A stretch of 64,000 nucleotides of DNA, from the NCBI RefSeq assembly GCF_009914755.1, contig NC_060944.1. The stretch is one strand, 5' to 3'. This document shows, one piece after another, positions 36,953-50,104 of the stretch. How positions within the stretch are numbered: position 1 is the stretch's first letter; each line of letters begins with the position of its first letter. The stretch is from the human T2T-CHM13v2.0 reference genome, Homo sapiens. The notes below the pieces were generated by a model. The model was not told the DNA's origin. It searched no databases and worked only from the letters and a program-made list of their open reading frames with translations. The position numbers and the translations under genes are program-made.

Positions 36953-39147
36953 GAATTAGGTTGCACCCGAAAAGTGTGTGATGTAGAGTCATCTGTTTAC
37001 CACACTTGAAGTTCTCAGGAATGGTCCTCAAGTGCCATGTTTGTTTATTCTCTGAGCATTTACAAGAATCTTGAATCATCTGCATCTCTTTTGAAACTAC
37101 AATAGGTGTCTTCATTTGATTTCTGCTAATAAATAGACTTAGCTACTTATTATTAATTGAATTCATTTTATTTTCCACTTGAAGTTTGCAGAGTGTACAC
37201 AACATTCTTTTCAAAGACTTTCTGGTTATGCCAACCTTATTTGGTATAGTATTTTTAGACTGTGAGGGCATTGGAGGAGTTAGTTCACAGTGGGATCTCT
37301 TATTCTCAGCTCCAGGGTAGATCTTTATCTTTTTAATCACAAAAAACACAAATTGTAAATCATTTAACCAGTACAGGAATGAATAAATAAAGGTCTTTAT
37401 ACTTGGATTTGGAGTTAAGATTGGGGTAAGAGACAGGCACAGAGTAATATTCAGGTACATCAACCATGTGCATTAACAGGTAATAAGAAACAGTGATTTC
37501 ACATTTTAACTGGACTGAAAATGCAGCAAGTAAATGACTGCACTAACCTAACCCATCATCAAACAGGAATGCTTTTCTTGGAAACTTGGTTGTGAAGGTG
37601 AGAAGGGCAGTAATTACATGGGTCTGCATGGTCAAAAGAGTTTAACTTTTTTGTTGTTATTGTTAATTAAAGGCAACTCTTGGGATTTGTAAAAGCTGAT
37701 AAGAGGAGAGATTCTTCCAACACAACTGGGACTAAATCTGCAGATGGCACACCAAGCAGAGCCAAACCCACTCCCACCCTTCTGTTGTATAGGGCTGATG
37801 TTCCTGGCTTTCCTTCAGGTACCAGATGGAAAACACTCTCGAGCAACCCTCCTTGGTGACTCACTGGCTCATTATCCTACAACCAGCTCAAGTATTTATA
37901 CACATTGTCATTTGATCTGGTGAATTCTTCAGAACATTTGGACTTGATTGGTCATTTTATTGACCCCATTATTGACTATCATGTGTGGTATTTAACTGAA
38001 GAGGTATTTTTGAACACTCACATATACTTTTCCTACATAAAGGCAAGCATTTGTCCAAGGCAGCCAGTCATAGGTAAGGTAGTAAAGACTTTTGCTTCTA
38101 TTCTCTCTAGAGTTCTTGCAATAAGCAGTCCCTTAATGAAGCCAGATGCATCCACTTGTACTTGGCTACAGCATGATCAGTGAAAATGACTCAGAGCTGT
38201 AATTTTAATATGCCAATTATTTTCTAAAGAAAAATATAGGACTGCTTTATATACAAAAAGTCATTTGTGTCTATTTCACACATTGTAAGTTCTTTGCACT
38301 GGGTTTGAATGTTTACTCTAGAATAAAGCCATCATATTTATAAGGTTTAGTGTTGCTGTAAAATTTCTGGCTCCAAAAATATTTGTAAAGTCTTTGTCAT
38401 AAATCATTTTTAACTTTGTAAATTTGTCAATTGTATAACATATGTCAGGTAAACTGCACATGACCAGACAGTTTTATGAACATAAGCTGAGGCCAGCCTA
38501 TTGTATCATGCCAGCTTATGCACAGGTTGGCAGTAGACACCTTCATAAAGAAAGAGATAAATCTGATTCAAGCTTTAAAATAGATTACTCATTTATTGGC
38601 CCCTTTTACTACCATTTATAAGCTCACAATTTTTGAAATAAAAGGGAATCAATCTGTCATTTAAAACTACATGTTTTATTTATTTATTTAAAATATCATT
38701 TCTTAGGTTTTGGGAAAAGTTTCTAAGTAAAAATCACTCAAAAATCCACCCTTCTAAAGATAACACTGATAGCATTTTTATTTTTCTTATGGTTTAGTAG
38801 TAAGAATTGGACGTGGAATCATTGTGTTAGGGGAGGGTAATGTATTTGCTTAAGAATAAACATAAAATATAACTGGTAGATTGAATTGGGTTTAGGTATG
38901 TTTCAATATGCTCTAAATGTGGTGCAACTAGAAATGATATGCGTCAAGAAAAGGACACACTGGGAGGAACAGACTGGCAAAAAGGGACTGCGCAATATTT
39001 ACATTTTTGAAACAATAAAGAAGTAAGCCAAGAATTCATTCTGGAGTTCAAACAAATAAAGCAGAGGTCTTGCTAAGATGCAACTGAGTAGGAACGACCC
39101 CTTTTTGTCCCAATTATGGGGGACCGCTTCTTAGGGTAATGATATTA

Positions 39148-39228
39148 TTAGGCTGGTGCAAACATAATTGCAGCTTTTGCCATTACTTTTAAATGGCAAA
39201 AGCTGAAATTATGTTTGTACCATCCTAA
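39148..39228. mobile_element. MADE1 (Hsmar1-derived MITE), 37-bp inverted arms and 7-nt spacer
   Basis: TTAGGCTGGTGCAAACATAATTGCAGCTTTTGCCATT-ACTTTTA-AATGGCAAAAGCTGAAATTATGTTTGTACCATCCTAA. TA on the left, CA (mutated TA) on the right. Confidence 0.95.
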
Positions 39229-39439
39229 CACAATGAGAAATGCTGCATGCAATTGAAGTAAGCAGTAATTAGGGACAAAGGTATGTGTGTTCTAGAAAGC
39301 TCTACCAAGGGAAGGTCAGGAAAGGAGTTTGAGAGGTTTGCTCAATGGGAAAAAGAAGAGATCATGAGGGGAATGGACTGGGATTCTAAGTAGAAAAAAA
39401 TGTTATGGGGCCCTCAGGTCAGAGAGGCAGATTCAGACG

Positions 39440-39650
39440 GTGTTTAAGTGGGTGGGCTTTGAGTTCAGACTCCCTGGGTTCAAATCGTGGTTGAGCAAGC
39501 AACCTAGCCTCTTAGTTTCCTTGATAGAAAAATGAGACTGGTAATGGCTGTGGTGAAGATTGTGAGAATTAAAGGATGTAGAATGCTTAAAACAGCACTT
39601 TATTTGGCTCATAGTAAAGTAACTGGATAAATATTAGCTATTATTATCCC
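39440..39650 (+). mobile_element. MIR SINE
   Basis: CAGACTCCCTGGGTTCAAATC..ATAAATATTAGCTATTATTAT. Confidence 0.8.
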
Positions 39651-40444
39651 ACAGTGACTTGATCGTGTGCTTAGTGTAAACAAGCTGAGGTGTTGAAGCA
39701 TTTCTTGGCCATTGCTGCATGGAAGAAACCTGAGGATTAAGACATGGCCAAATGGGTTTTCCTGCAGGGTTTATGAAACGGCTTGCATTAGTAACAAGGG
39801 GAGGGGGCTTTTTCTATTTCAATAACATTCTCTGCACTTTAGAAAATGTATTCTGCTCTATTTTCTACCTAGAGATTTAGGACTGGGAGATGAGAGTCAA
39901 CATTTGTATATTTTTACATTTGTGGTGCCCTAACATGTGATTTGCCTTTTGATTTTTTATTTAATATTGTCATAAGCCTTTTCCAGTTAGATCTTTTTAT
40001 ACTGTTAATGCTTAACTAATATTAATATTATAATATTAACATGCTTATTATTAATGTCCACATGATAGAGTATTATATGATTGTATTATGATGTACTTAA
40101 CTATTGTTTACTATTAGAAATTTTATGAATTCTGATATTTTCCTGTTATAAATGATGTGGCAATGAGCCTTTCTTACTCATTCATTTCCTTAGGAACTAC
40201 TTATTGAACACCCACTATATCCCAAGCTCTCTGGGAGGCACTGGGAAGAGCAGTAAACTTGAAATAAATCTTGGTACATCTCTGATGTTCTTTAGGGTAG
40301 ATTGCTGGAAGCAAAATTGCTGTTCAGAAGAAATGAACATTTTAAGGCTCTTGATATCTATTGCCACATACTCCTTAGAAACATGCTGATTTACAGGTCT
40401 GTAGTAATAGATCCTACAATTCATCTTGAATCAAATATAATGTT

Positions 40445-40867
<423 letters not shown>

Positions 40868-42758
40868 TAGGTATTCACATAAGTTTAAAAACATCTCCAC
40901 CCACTTCAGAAAGCAGATGGAAACTCAATTCTGAGAAATGGTTTTCCCTTTCTACATCAGGACTTTCAGTATAGTGAATAAACTACAGCAACTCATTTAA
41001 CTTGGTGAAATCATTTTAAAAGAATGGAAATAAGAATGAGAAAGATGGAGAAAGAATAAAACATTTGCTATTGATTAACCAAGGAATATACTTTTATAAA
41101 ACACATGTTTCCACATTTTGAAAGCAAAGGGACATGATTTGAGGATAAGTGTTCAAAAGATTATGACAAAAACAATACTATAGTGAGATTCTAAATGATT
41201 TCAATTTTCCCCTTTATTTTAAACTATTGGATATGTGGAAATAGGATGCATCAAAGATTGGCCACATGGAAAAGGGAAAAATGGAGTGATGGGGCAGAAC
41301 ACATTAGGTGCCAGCAACGCAATGAAACTCAATAGGCATTAAAAACAAATGCAAAACTTGGTCCACTGATCAAGCTATAAGCCTTGTTTCAATGTGCTTT
41401 TTATTAAAATGAAAATCTTCCTTTACGTCAATGGAACCATAGATTAATTCCTGTCTTTATTCTTGTGGATTAAGGAGCTACCTGCTCAGGATTTTAAAAC
41501 AAGATCACAAAAAACAGTTTCCTTTGAAAAATTTTTGTTGGAGAACATTTTCTTGGTGTTAAATTTAGAGCCTTATCAGTGGCAGAATAGGTGAAAATGA
41601 CCCCTAGGCTCACAGCACATAATCAGTGTAGGTTCCAGGAGAAGACAATGAGTTGGTACCCTCCTTAGAGGTCCAGAAAGAGGTCACTGGCTCATTTCCT
41701 GAGAGGGGAAAGTCTGATACCTGCAAAAGACTACCTACAAGGCTTGGCTCAGAAGCAGGATTCCTGTTTCTGAAATGGTTAAGTGTTCAGAATCACCATA
41801 CTCTCAGGAATACTGCTACCACTACCGCAGCTACCATTTAAGCTGTTACCGTATGCTGAATACTCTAACGACTTTCGTACACAAACTTGTTATACCTTCC
41901 CAAAAGCCAGGGAAAGATATTCTATTGACCTCTATAAGGCAAAGAAAGTGAGCCATGGAAGGGTTTGATTGCATGTGTAAGATCATACAACTCCCATAAA
42001 AGGGTTTGAACTCAGAACTTACTTTAAAAACTTTGAATGGAGGATTGCTCAAAGAATGTACTTGGAAAACAACGTAAGAGTCCAGTTTCCCGACCTGAAA
42101 TACAGGGTGAATAGGAGCACCAACAAGGTAACTTAATGCTAAATGGATGAGATCTAGAATCCTGAAATCCCTACCAACTCAGAAGAAGGTCAGTCTCCGA
42201 CCCTAGGGAATTTGTAAGGATTAGATCTTAGTTGTAATGGTTAAAATACATCATAGGGAAACCTGAGGTCATTCTTGAAACTATAAGCCTGTGCCTGTGT
42301 TCTCCCAAAAGAGTTGACGTGCCAGGCACAGTTTTCCTAATCAAAATCCCCTTCATCTTAGCTGAGTTTAAAATGATACTTCTTGGTCACTCAAACCACT
42401 AAAAAGAAACTAAAACAGGCCAAATTTGTCCTGAAGTCCTCTCCAAGTAACAAATCTTAGAGTGAAACTTCAGAAAGCAAAGAAAGGAAGCCCCTTTGAG
42501 TTGATAGTATAGAGGATACCCCCTGCAGATTCTAGTCATTTCTATAACATGCAAGGCTCAGTACAGAGAGGCTCAAAGAAAGCTCAGGTAAAGGCAACGC
42601 TCATCTCTCTCTCCTTTTTTAAGTCTTGCCTGGATTCTGTATAAGCAGATAAGCTGATCTCACTCAAAGTGGAAGTCAGTGCTTATTAACGGCACACAGT
42701 GAGAGAAGTACAAAAACTGAGAGTGTTTTGACATTTTTATGGAAATTTGCCATTGCCA

Positions 42759-43338
42759 TGTGTTCTGGTTAACAATTGCTGTTTAACAAACATCCAAAAT
42801 AAAACAAAGTGGTCTAAAACAAAAATGTATTATCACATTTCATGGTTATGTGGGTTGATTGGGCTCAGCTGGGCATTTCTCATGTGATGTCTGTCTTGTG
42901 TTTGCTTTTAGAAGGCAGCTGGAGCTGGAGTTAACTAACGACTCAGTTGGACAAGGTCTCCAGAATGGTTCCTTCATTCACATACTGGGCACCTCTTCTG
43001 AATGGCTAGAACAGCTGGAGGCTGGGTGGGCATGTGTCTCCATGCAGCCTCTCCATTTGGATAGGTTGGGCTTCCTCTCACCGTGGTGGTCTCAGAATAG
43101 TCCTACCTCTTAACTGGTAGGTGGCTTCTCCTAGAGAACACACAGCAAGAGACCAGGGCTGGGAACTGCAAGACTTCTGGTGAACTAGCCTGGAAGTCAC
43201 ACAGCATCACTTCTACCACATTCTGTTGCTCACACCCACAGGCACAGCCCAGATGTAAGAGGAAGAAGGGGACATATAGGGATAGGAATACCAGAAAGTG
43301 TTCTTCATCAGGGTTGTCTTTGGAAACTAGCTACCACA
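42759..43338 (-). mobile_element. MLT1H-like MaLR solo LTR
   Basis: ATTGCTGTTTAACAAAC..TGGGCTCAGCTGGGCA..GGAAGTCACACAGCATCACTTCTACCACATTCTGTTG..CTACCACA. Confidence 0.8.
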
Positions 43339-44589
43339 ACATGATATCCAAGTGCATGATGACCAAACTCATCTTGTTGAGCTCTGCATAAACTGGTTCA
43401 GGAGTACAACTCACATGGCAATTTGCACATGACACGTGCTGCCTACTGGTCATATAGATTGGATTCAAGCATTACCACAAACAGTTTGAGAACTCTAACC
43501 TCTTAATCTTTGCTTCTGCCCAATCTGTCCTTATTTCTACAACTACACTCAACATTGGTTTTCAACCTCAGTATATTCCTTTGATTCTCACATATTAAAT
43601 TAACTTTTTCTTCAGCAACTCCCTGGAAGCAGTTTTTTTTTTCTAGCCACATACATTTGATCTCAAGCTCTCCTCCTGCTCAACCCTCTTCTTACTTTGG
43701 CTCTGCTGTATTTTTCTTCAACCAAGCCTTGCTTTATAGCATGAGCAGCTCAGTACTACCAAACAACACTTGCAGACTTATGTGATGTTCACTTTTGCCT
43801 CATGAAATTTACATTATAAAAAAGAAAACCTTTACAGATTGACAAGAGTAAAGAAGCAGGCTTCTTTAATATCATTAATGTCATTTTTCTCTCTTGTCAG
43901 GGATTTGGAGATGCAGAGATTTCCATTAAAAAATTATTTTGAAAATGTCAGAACACCCAATAGCAGAAGAGTAAAAACACCTTTCCCCATTATCCATATT
44001 CAGCAGTCCTCAAGACAATTGATTTTTAAGAAAACCCGTTGATTTATTAGAAGACTCCATAGTCAATTTCTGTTGGGTTGGAGGAGAGAGCACATTCAAA
44101 AGTTCTGAACTATTCTGGCCTTATTCAAGGACAGAAATTTCATCTCTTGAACTTTTGGGTAATTTATCTTTCATCATATCTGGTTACCGCACAGCAAAAT
44201 GTTTTGAGAAACACACCCCTAGAAAGGAGCAAAATTCCTTCCCAAGGATCAATTCAGCAGATAGAGTCCTGAATATGGGTTTTTATAAAGGTGTTAATGT
44301 AATGGCGTTGTCAGGGATGGTCAGTGTTGCAGAGAACAACTTCTGGCATCCTCAGATAGGACACACCAGAATCAGTAGAAGCATGGCTTAATCTCACACT
44401 GGCTGTACTAGTTGTATTTCTAGATGTAGACAGATTTGGTAGAGTTAAACAAAAAACTACTTGAAATGTGAAACTATTATAGATCCTCTTGCACAGTGAA
44501 ATGACTTTGCGTAAATGATTCTTAGATCAAAACATGTTTAAACAGTCTTGTTTTCTAAGACAAACATTCGCGTTGTAGTGCATAAAGAG

Positions 44590-44880
44590 AACACTTGGGG
44601 AGAACACAATGTTGCTCTTCAAATATTTCAGAGTCTGTCCTACAGGAAAGGAATTACACTTACCCACTCTTATTCCTGAGGTCAGAACTAGGACAAGTGG
44701 GTAGATATTGCGGGGAGGTGGACTTCACATCAACTTAACAAAACTATATTTAAAATTAACCTTTTTTTCAAAGTCGAGAGAGCTTCCATGTAAGATAGTG
44801 AGCTTCCAGTCATGGACAAAGTTAAGCACACATTGGGTAACTGCCTTCGGGGGAGGCTGAAGAGGGATTTTTATAATACA
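44590..44880 (+). mobile_element. CR1/L3 LINE 3' fragment
   Basis: TCTTCAAATATTT..CAGAACTAGGACAAGTGGGTAGA..TAGTGAGCTTCCAGTCATGGA typical of L3. Confidence 0.65.
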
Positions 44881-46096
44881 AGCGTTTATTTTTAATTATA
44901 ATACCTGTGTGTGTCCAGGTTGTGTACATGTAATTGTGTATTCATGGCAAACTTTGAAAACTAGAATTTTTGGTAGTCCCAGAAGAGATTAAAAGACTCA
45001 AAACAGCTTTAAACACATCGGTGATAATTATAGTACTATCATCACTGTGGCACAGTAATATCCCAAAAGCTCTATAAAAGTTAGACACAGTTTGTATGTT
45101 ACTCTCTTCACTTTTCTTCTAGTACTGTGTTGAACTTTTGATTGTCACAAGAGACTCTCGTCTGTATTCACAAGCAAATTTTTAGCATGTTGTGGTATTT
45201 TAGTAAAAGCTTCATTTATCTCTAGTGTTGGGCTGATGCTACTCCATACCTTGTCAAAAACTCAGTTGATCTTAACTTTCCATCAGTGGCATTGCTATAA
45301 TTATAATTTAAAATTTTTGGCAGTACACATGAAGGTTTCCAGTACACTGGTATGCCTTACCACACCAGTTGCTATGGAAGGTACATTGGGCCTGGTCATT
45401 TCTAAGGGTTTGAAGTTACTTCTCTCACTTTGTGTTACATTTGTTTTTAGAAAGTAAACTAGTAATGAGCAAATAGTACCAACATCTTATGAAAGGTGGG
45501 TGATTTTTCTCCTGCAAAGATAGGTTTATTTTAAAATTAACAAAGGGAATCCAAGAAAGCCTTCTAATTTCTTTCCTTTTTCTTCCCCCAGAGGCCTAGA
45601 ATGTTATTGAGTGCCAGAATCTCAAACACATGTTTTACAAATAAAATAACATCTGTACATAAACCATTAATCATTATATTAATCATTACATGATTTGCCT
45701 TGTTTTGAAGGGTAGACGGTACAGCTTTCATGAGCAAATAGTCATAAAAGAATCATATTTGCTATGCCCATGCCACTCTCTTGAGTTGAATGCACGTGTC
45801 CTTAGAAAACTGCAGAGAATTAGCCCATTGTATTTGATGCTTTTTATGTGACTGCCTGACAAGTTTAATTTTTTTCTAATGACAGAAGAGATAAATCATC
45901 AGTGCATAAAATTTGAAAAAAATACAGATAAATGCAAAAAGGAATCACTACTAACCCAGATAATTTTTGTTAACATGTTAGTAAATTTTCTTAGGTATTG
46001 CAGCTAAATTTCCCTGGGACTGTAGGAATAGATCACATGAAGGAAAAAGAGTCACTAATAAGTCAGAAAGCCAAATCTTCTGCATATATGATCACT

Positions 46097-46110
46097 GTTA
46101 CTATGGAAAC
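46097..46110. promoter_or_regulatory. RFX X-box
   Basis: GTTACTATGGAAAC matches GTYNCYATRGNAAC on both strands, in unique sequence. Function is inferred. Confidence 0.45.
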
Positions 46111-47094
46111 CAACACTTTCCTGGATGTGACAAGCAAGCATGCTGAGGAAATGTGAGCTGATAGCATCATAGTAGGAAGCTGGGAGGAGGAGGCCTGTCC
46201 CTGTTGGAAAGCTGTGCCCGAAATTAGGACACCAACAGGAACATGCAGTGCACATTGGTGTCACCACCAGGCTAAAAGAACCTCCAAGGCCTGGATGTGA
46301 CAGGAGACAAACCTGTCTGACCTCTCACAATACCCAAGCCCTAGCGGCAACCCAACCACAGGGGACTCTTCACTGTTGTATCTCAGCACCCAGAGCAAGG
46401 CATGGCAACAGACAGGCAGGGAAGATGCTCCCCAAGTATCTGTCAAATGTATGAGCAAAAAAGTTATGGTGCTCAGCACGGAGGTGGTCTTTCTCCACAC
46501 CTTTTCGTTCACTCATAAATGAGCCATAGTGAGTATGTGTTTGTTATCATAAATACAAAAGACAATATAACAAGCTGGTTTTGTTTTTCCTAAAAACATA
46601 TCTCCTTGGCTCCAGGAAAGCCCCTAGAACCAGGAACTTTGAGCACAGTGGAATTTTGCACTGAGATGCCAGTTAGAGAATCACTAGGCATGGATAACCT
46701 TCCTACTGGAAAAGTAATTTAATCATAGCATGCTCTGGCTTTGGGCTATTTGCTGTAATCCGAATAGAGAAAGCATTTTAGAAACTGAGTGACAGTCTCC
46801 TATATTTATCCTGGATCCCTCTTTCTATGAAGCTGCAGGTAAAACTACTAACTACAATTGTAATAAGACCCTCCGTGTGGTCTCTGTCACTGACAAATAC
46901 AAAATTTCTATTCGAAGAGAAGAGAATGAGTTTTTACATATCCCTCCAATTTTCAAAAACTACAGCATCTCTTATAGTCTTTTTTCTCAGTTTTTTCTCC
47001 AGTTGAAGGTGATCTGTTGATGAAGTCCAGATAACAAGGCCCACAATTTTACCATAATGTTCCAAAACAAGTGAAACAACTCTTTTTAAAAACA

Positions 47095-47225
47095 ATTTAT
47101 TCATTAATTTTTATTGTCCTCAGCTTTATTAAGGTATAGCTGACAAAAGTTGTATATATTTACAGTATAGAGTATGATGTTTTCATATATGTATACATTG
47201 TGAAATGATTAAATCAAGTTATATA
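47095..47225 (-). mobile_element. L1MA 3' terminal fragment
   Basis: CAGCTTTATTAAGGTATAGCTGACAAAA..ATATATGTATACATTGTGAAATGATTAAATCAAG. Confidence 0.8.
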
Positions 47226-47847
47226 CTAATTATTTTATAAATTAGAGCAATGAGTTTCCTAGAGATTAAGAAAATGCAGTTAATAGGAAAATGTGAGCTA
47301 CTGATAAAGACAGTAACCTGAATAAAACATATTATGGTCAGATCTATAAGCTTTCGTGGCTGGTTATTAGGAATTTGGGAGCCACCAGTTCTACGTTCAA
47401 GATGAGATCCAGCCTCACTTGTCTTACTTCATCTGTACTGTGGGAGTTACAGCTCTTTTTCTTCTCATTGAAAGGATCCACCCATGGTCTTGACAATTAT
47501 TTTCAAGGTTCTCCCAGTCATCTACAGGTCAGGATTTACAAGTAAGATTCTCCTTGTGCATTTTCCAAAGCAGTAAATAAAATTCTAACTCTAACTGACC
47601 CTTCTCCATGATTATGTGGATCTGAATAAAACACTCACTGTAGTCAGCATCCATGTGTATTTGAGTCCCTGTTGAAGGGGAATGGCCCATTTCATGTTTT
47701 ATACTATATCCGGAGCAGACATCACAATGTCACATGACAACGTTATGATCCAGATGTCAATTATATTTAAATACAGCCCTTTGAACTCAACAATTCTCTT
47801 TATTAGGAAGTTAATAATTTTGTGGGGTTTTTTTTCTGTTCTTCTCG

Positions 47848-48398
47848 CATGGTAGGCAGAATTCTAAGATAGCCTCCAATATTCCTGATTCCTGGTGTAA
47901 ACAACTTGTATAATCTCCCCAGCCTTGAGTGTGAGCAGAACCTGTGAGTATGGTAAAATATTACTCCTATAAATAGATATATTCTATGGCAAATGTGGAG
48001 AAATTTAGAATATATAACTAAGGTCACTAATCAATTGACTTTGGGTTAATCAAAGGAAAATCATCCAGGATAAACCAGATTTCATCAGCTGATCTCTTAA
48101 AAGCAAGGTTAGAGGTCAGAGACAGGAAATCAGGAGACCTGCTTTTGCTGGCCTTAAATAAGATGAAATCTGCCATAAGTTCTATAGGCAAAAGGAACTG
48201 AATTCAGTTAACTTAAATGATCTTGGAAGAAGATCCTACACATGGCAGTCTTGACTGACACTGCAGTTTTTTGAGACCTAACTGGCGGATTCAGCTAAGC
48301 TGTGCCTGGACTCCTGACCCATGGAAATTGTGAAATCATAAATGGGTCTTGTTTTAAGCCACTGAATTTGTAGTAATTTGTTAAACAGCAATAGAACA
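47848..48398 (+). mobile_element. MLT1E-like MaLR solo LTR
   Basis: TGGTAGGCAGAATTCTAAGAT..CCTTGAGTGTGAGCAG..TTTTAAGCCACTGAATTTGTAGTAATTTGTTAAACAGCAATAGAA. Confidence 0.85.
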
Positions 48399-48410
48399 GC
48401 CTCCTCTCTC

Positions 48411-48700
48411 TTTTTTTTTTTTTTTTTTTTTGAGATGGAGTCTCGCTCTGTCGCCCAGGCTGGAGTGCAGAGGCGCTGCAAGCTCTGCCTCCCAGGTTCA
48501 CGCCATTCTCCTGCCTCAGCCTCCCGAGTAGCTGGGACTACAGGCGCCAACCACCACGCCATGCTAATTTTTTTGAATTTTTAGTAGAGACGGGGTTTCA
48601 CCATGTTAGCCAGGATGGTCTCGATCTCATGACCTCGTGATCCGCCCACCTCAGCCTCCCAAAGTGCTGGTATCGCAGGCGTGAGCCACCGTGCCTGGCC
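48411..48700 (-). mobile_element. AluY-like SINE with about 13-bp internal deletion
   Basis: Y-diagnostic GCAAGCTC, TTCACGCCATTCTCC, GTTAGCCAGGATGGTCTCGATCTC; many intact CpGs; GATCTCGGCTCAC missing at about 48476. Confidence 0.93.
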
Positions 48701-49349
48701 AATGTCTCCTCTCTTACACATGTGCACGAGAACATACAGACACACACACCAATGTCTAAGCTGGCCCCTGGCCCCTTTTATTTTTAAGGAAACGTTTGTT
48801 TGGTAGGGAACTTTTCCTTAGAAGATTCCCTACACTTCCCATGTCTACTAGGGAAAGGCTCTCTCTCTCTCCTGCTGTAGGCACCTCTGTCCCAGTCGCA
48901 ACTATGAGCAGGGTGCACCTCTGTTCTCTGTGATGTCTTAGGGCTCTAGACACACACCTGGGAGCCAATGTGAGCCAAAGAGGTCCCCTGCAGGAAACAC
49001 AAAAGAGGATGATAAGGAATGCAGGGTTGCACTGGAGTTTAGTCTTTTATGTCTTCCTCCTTGGAATCCAGGCTGCTCTCAGAACTTCCAGATGCTCGCC
49101 CTTGTTTAGACCTTATATACGTGTCTGACCCTTCTGCCTCAGTCTGACACCTGGAAGATTTGGTTGATAAAACTGCCTAACCCTGATGTCCTTGTTTGTT
49201 TTTCTGCCATTGCTCCAGGGCCCTGCCCTTTGACTAAGTTTGTGACTGTATTGCCTTCAAAAAATAAAACATCCCCTGGTAAGGCCATCCTACCAGGTAG
49301 ATTTGCAACAAGTGAAGCCCTGGGTGAGTGGGGAAAGAAACCCCACTCA

Positions 49350-49580
49350 TCACAAGATAGTGTAGGAGTTATAAATAAGAGCCTTGGAGTCAGACAACAT
49401 TGAATTTGTGCTAAGTCTCTTCCTGAGAAATTGGAATTATTTTCTGTGCTCCAGTCTCCTCATCTGCAAAATGAGATGCCTACCTCATCTGGTGGATGGA
49501 GAATTGAGTGGAGAATGCTTGTGTGACTCTTACACAGAGATGACGAGCCATTTAGGAAGTCTTCATCAACTACTGCTGGT
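49350..49580 (+). mobile_element. MIR SINE
   Basis: TTGGAGTCAGAC..CAGTCTCCTCATCTGCAAAATGAG. Confidence 0.7.
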
Positions 49581-49822
49581 TCCACTTCAGCCCTGACTTG
49601 GTTTGGAGGCCACATTCCTCTCAACCTCAGTCTTCTAGAGCTTAGTCATGGCAGGACTTAGTGCCTGGATCTTTCTGACACTGGCCATTGACTGCCTCAA
49701 AATTAGAGTCAGGAAACCATTGCTTCAATAGCTTTTTGTCCAAATAGACAATAAAGTCCTGAGGATGAAAATATGGAAGCTATATTTGTCAATGTGAGTT
49801 GTATGAGGAAAAAAAAATATGG

Positions 49823-49824
<2 letters not shown>

Positions 49825-49867
<43 letters not shown>
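49825..49867. repeat. (AC)n microsatellite, about 21 units
   Basis: Directly visible. Confidence 0.98.
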
Positions 49868-49868
<1 letters not shown>

Positions 49869-50104
49869 GAGAATATCCCACGGAAGTAGTCAAATATCAG
49901 GTGAGTCATTGACATAGCCTCATAGTCTCAATCACTCTGCTCTATCATGGACTTACATGTGAACAATCTGGGGCCATTCCATGAAAAATCATCTAACTGG
50001 AGTCATTTTTCCAAAGTTTCTAGGGAAAATGAAATCATTTGTAGTAATAACTTTTAACATATAATTTGTTAATTTTAGCCATCTGTAACTATCAGTAGCT
50101 ATAG

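Noticed and set aside
40022-40039. 18-bp palindrome TTAATATTATAATATTAA
   Set aside because: Pure A/T low-complexity sequence within decayed L1; expected by chance.
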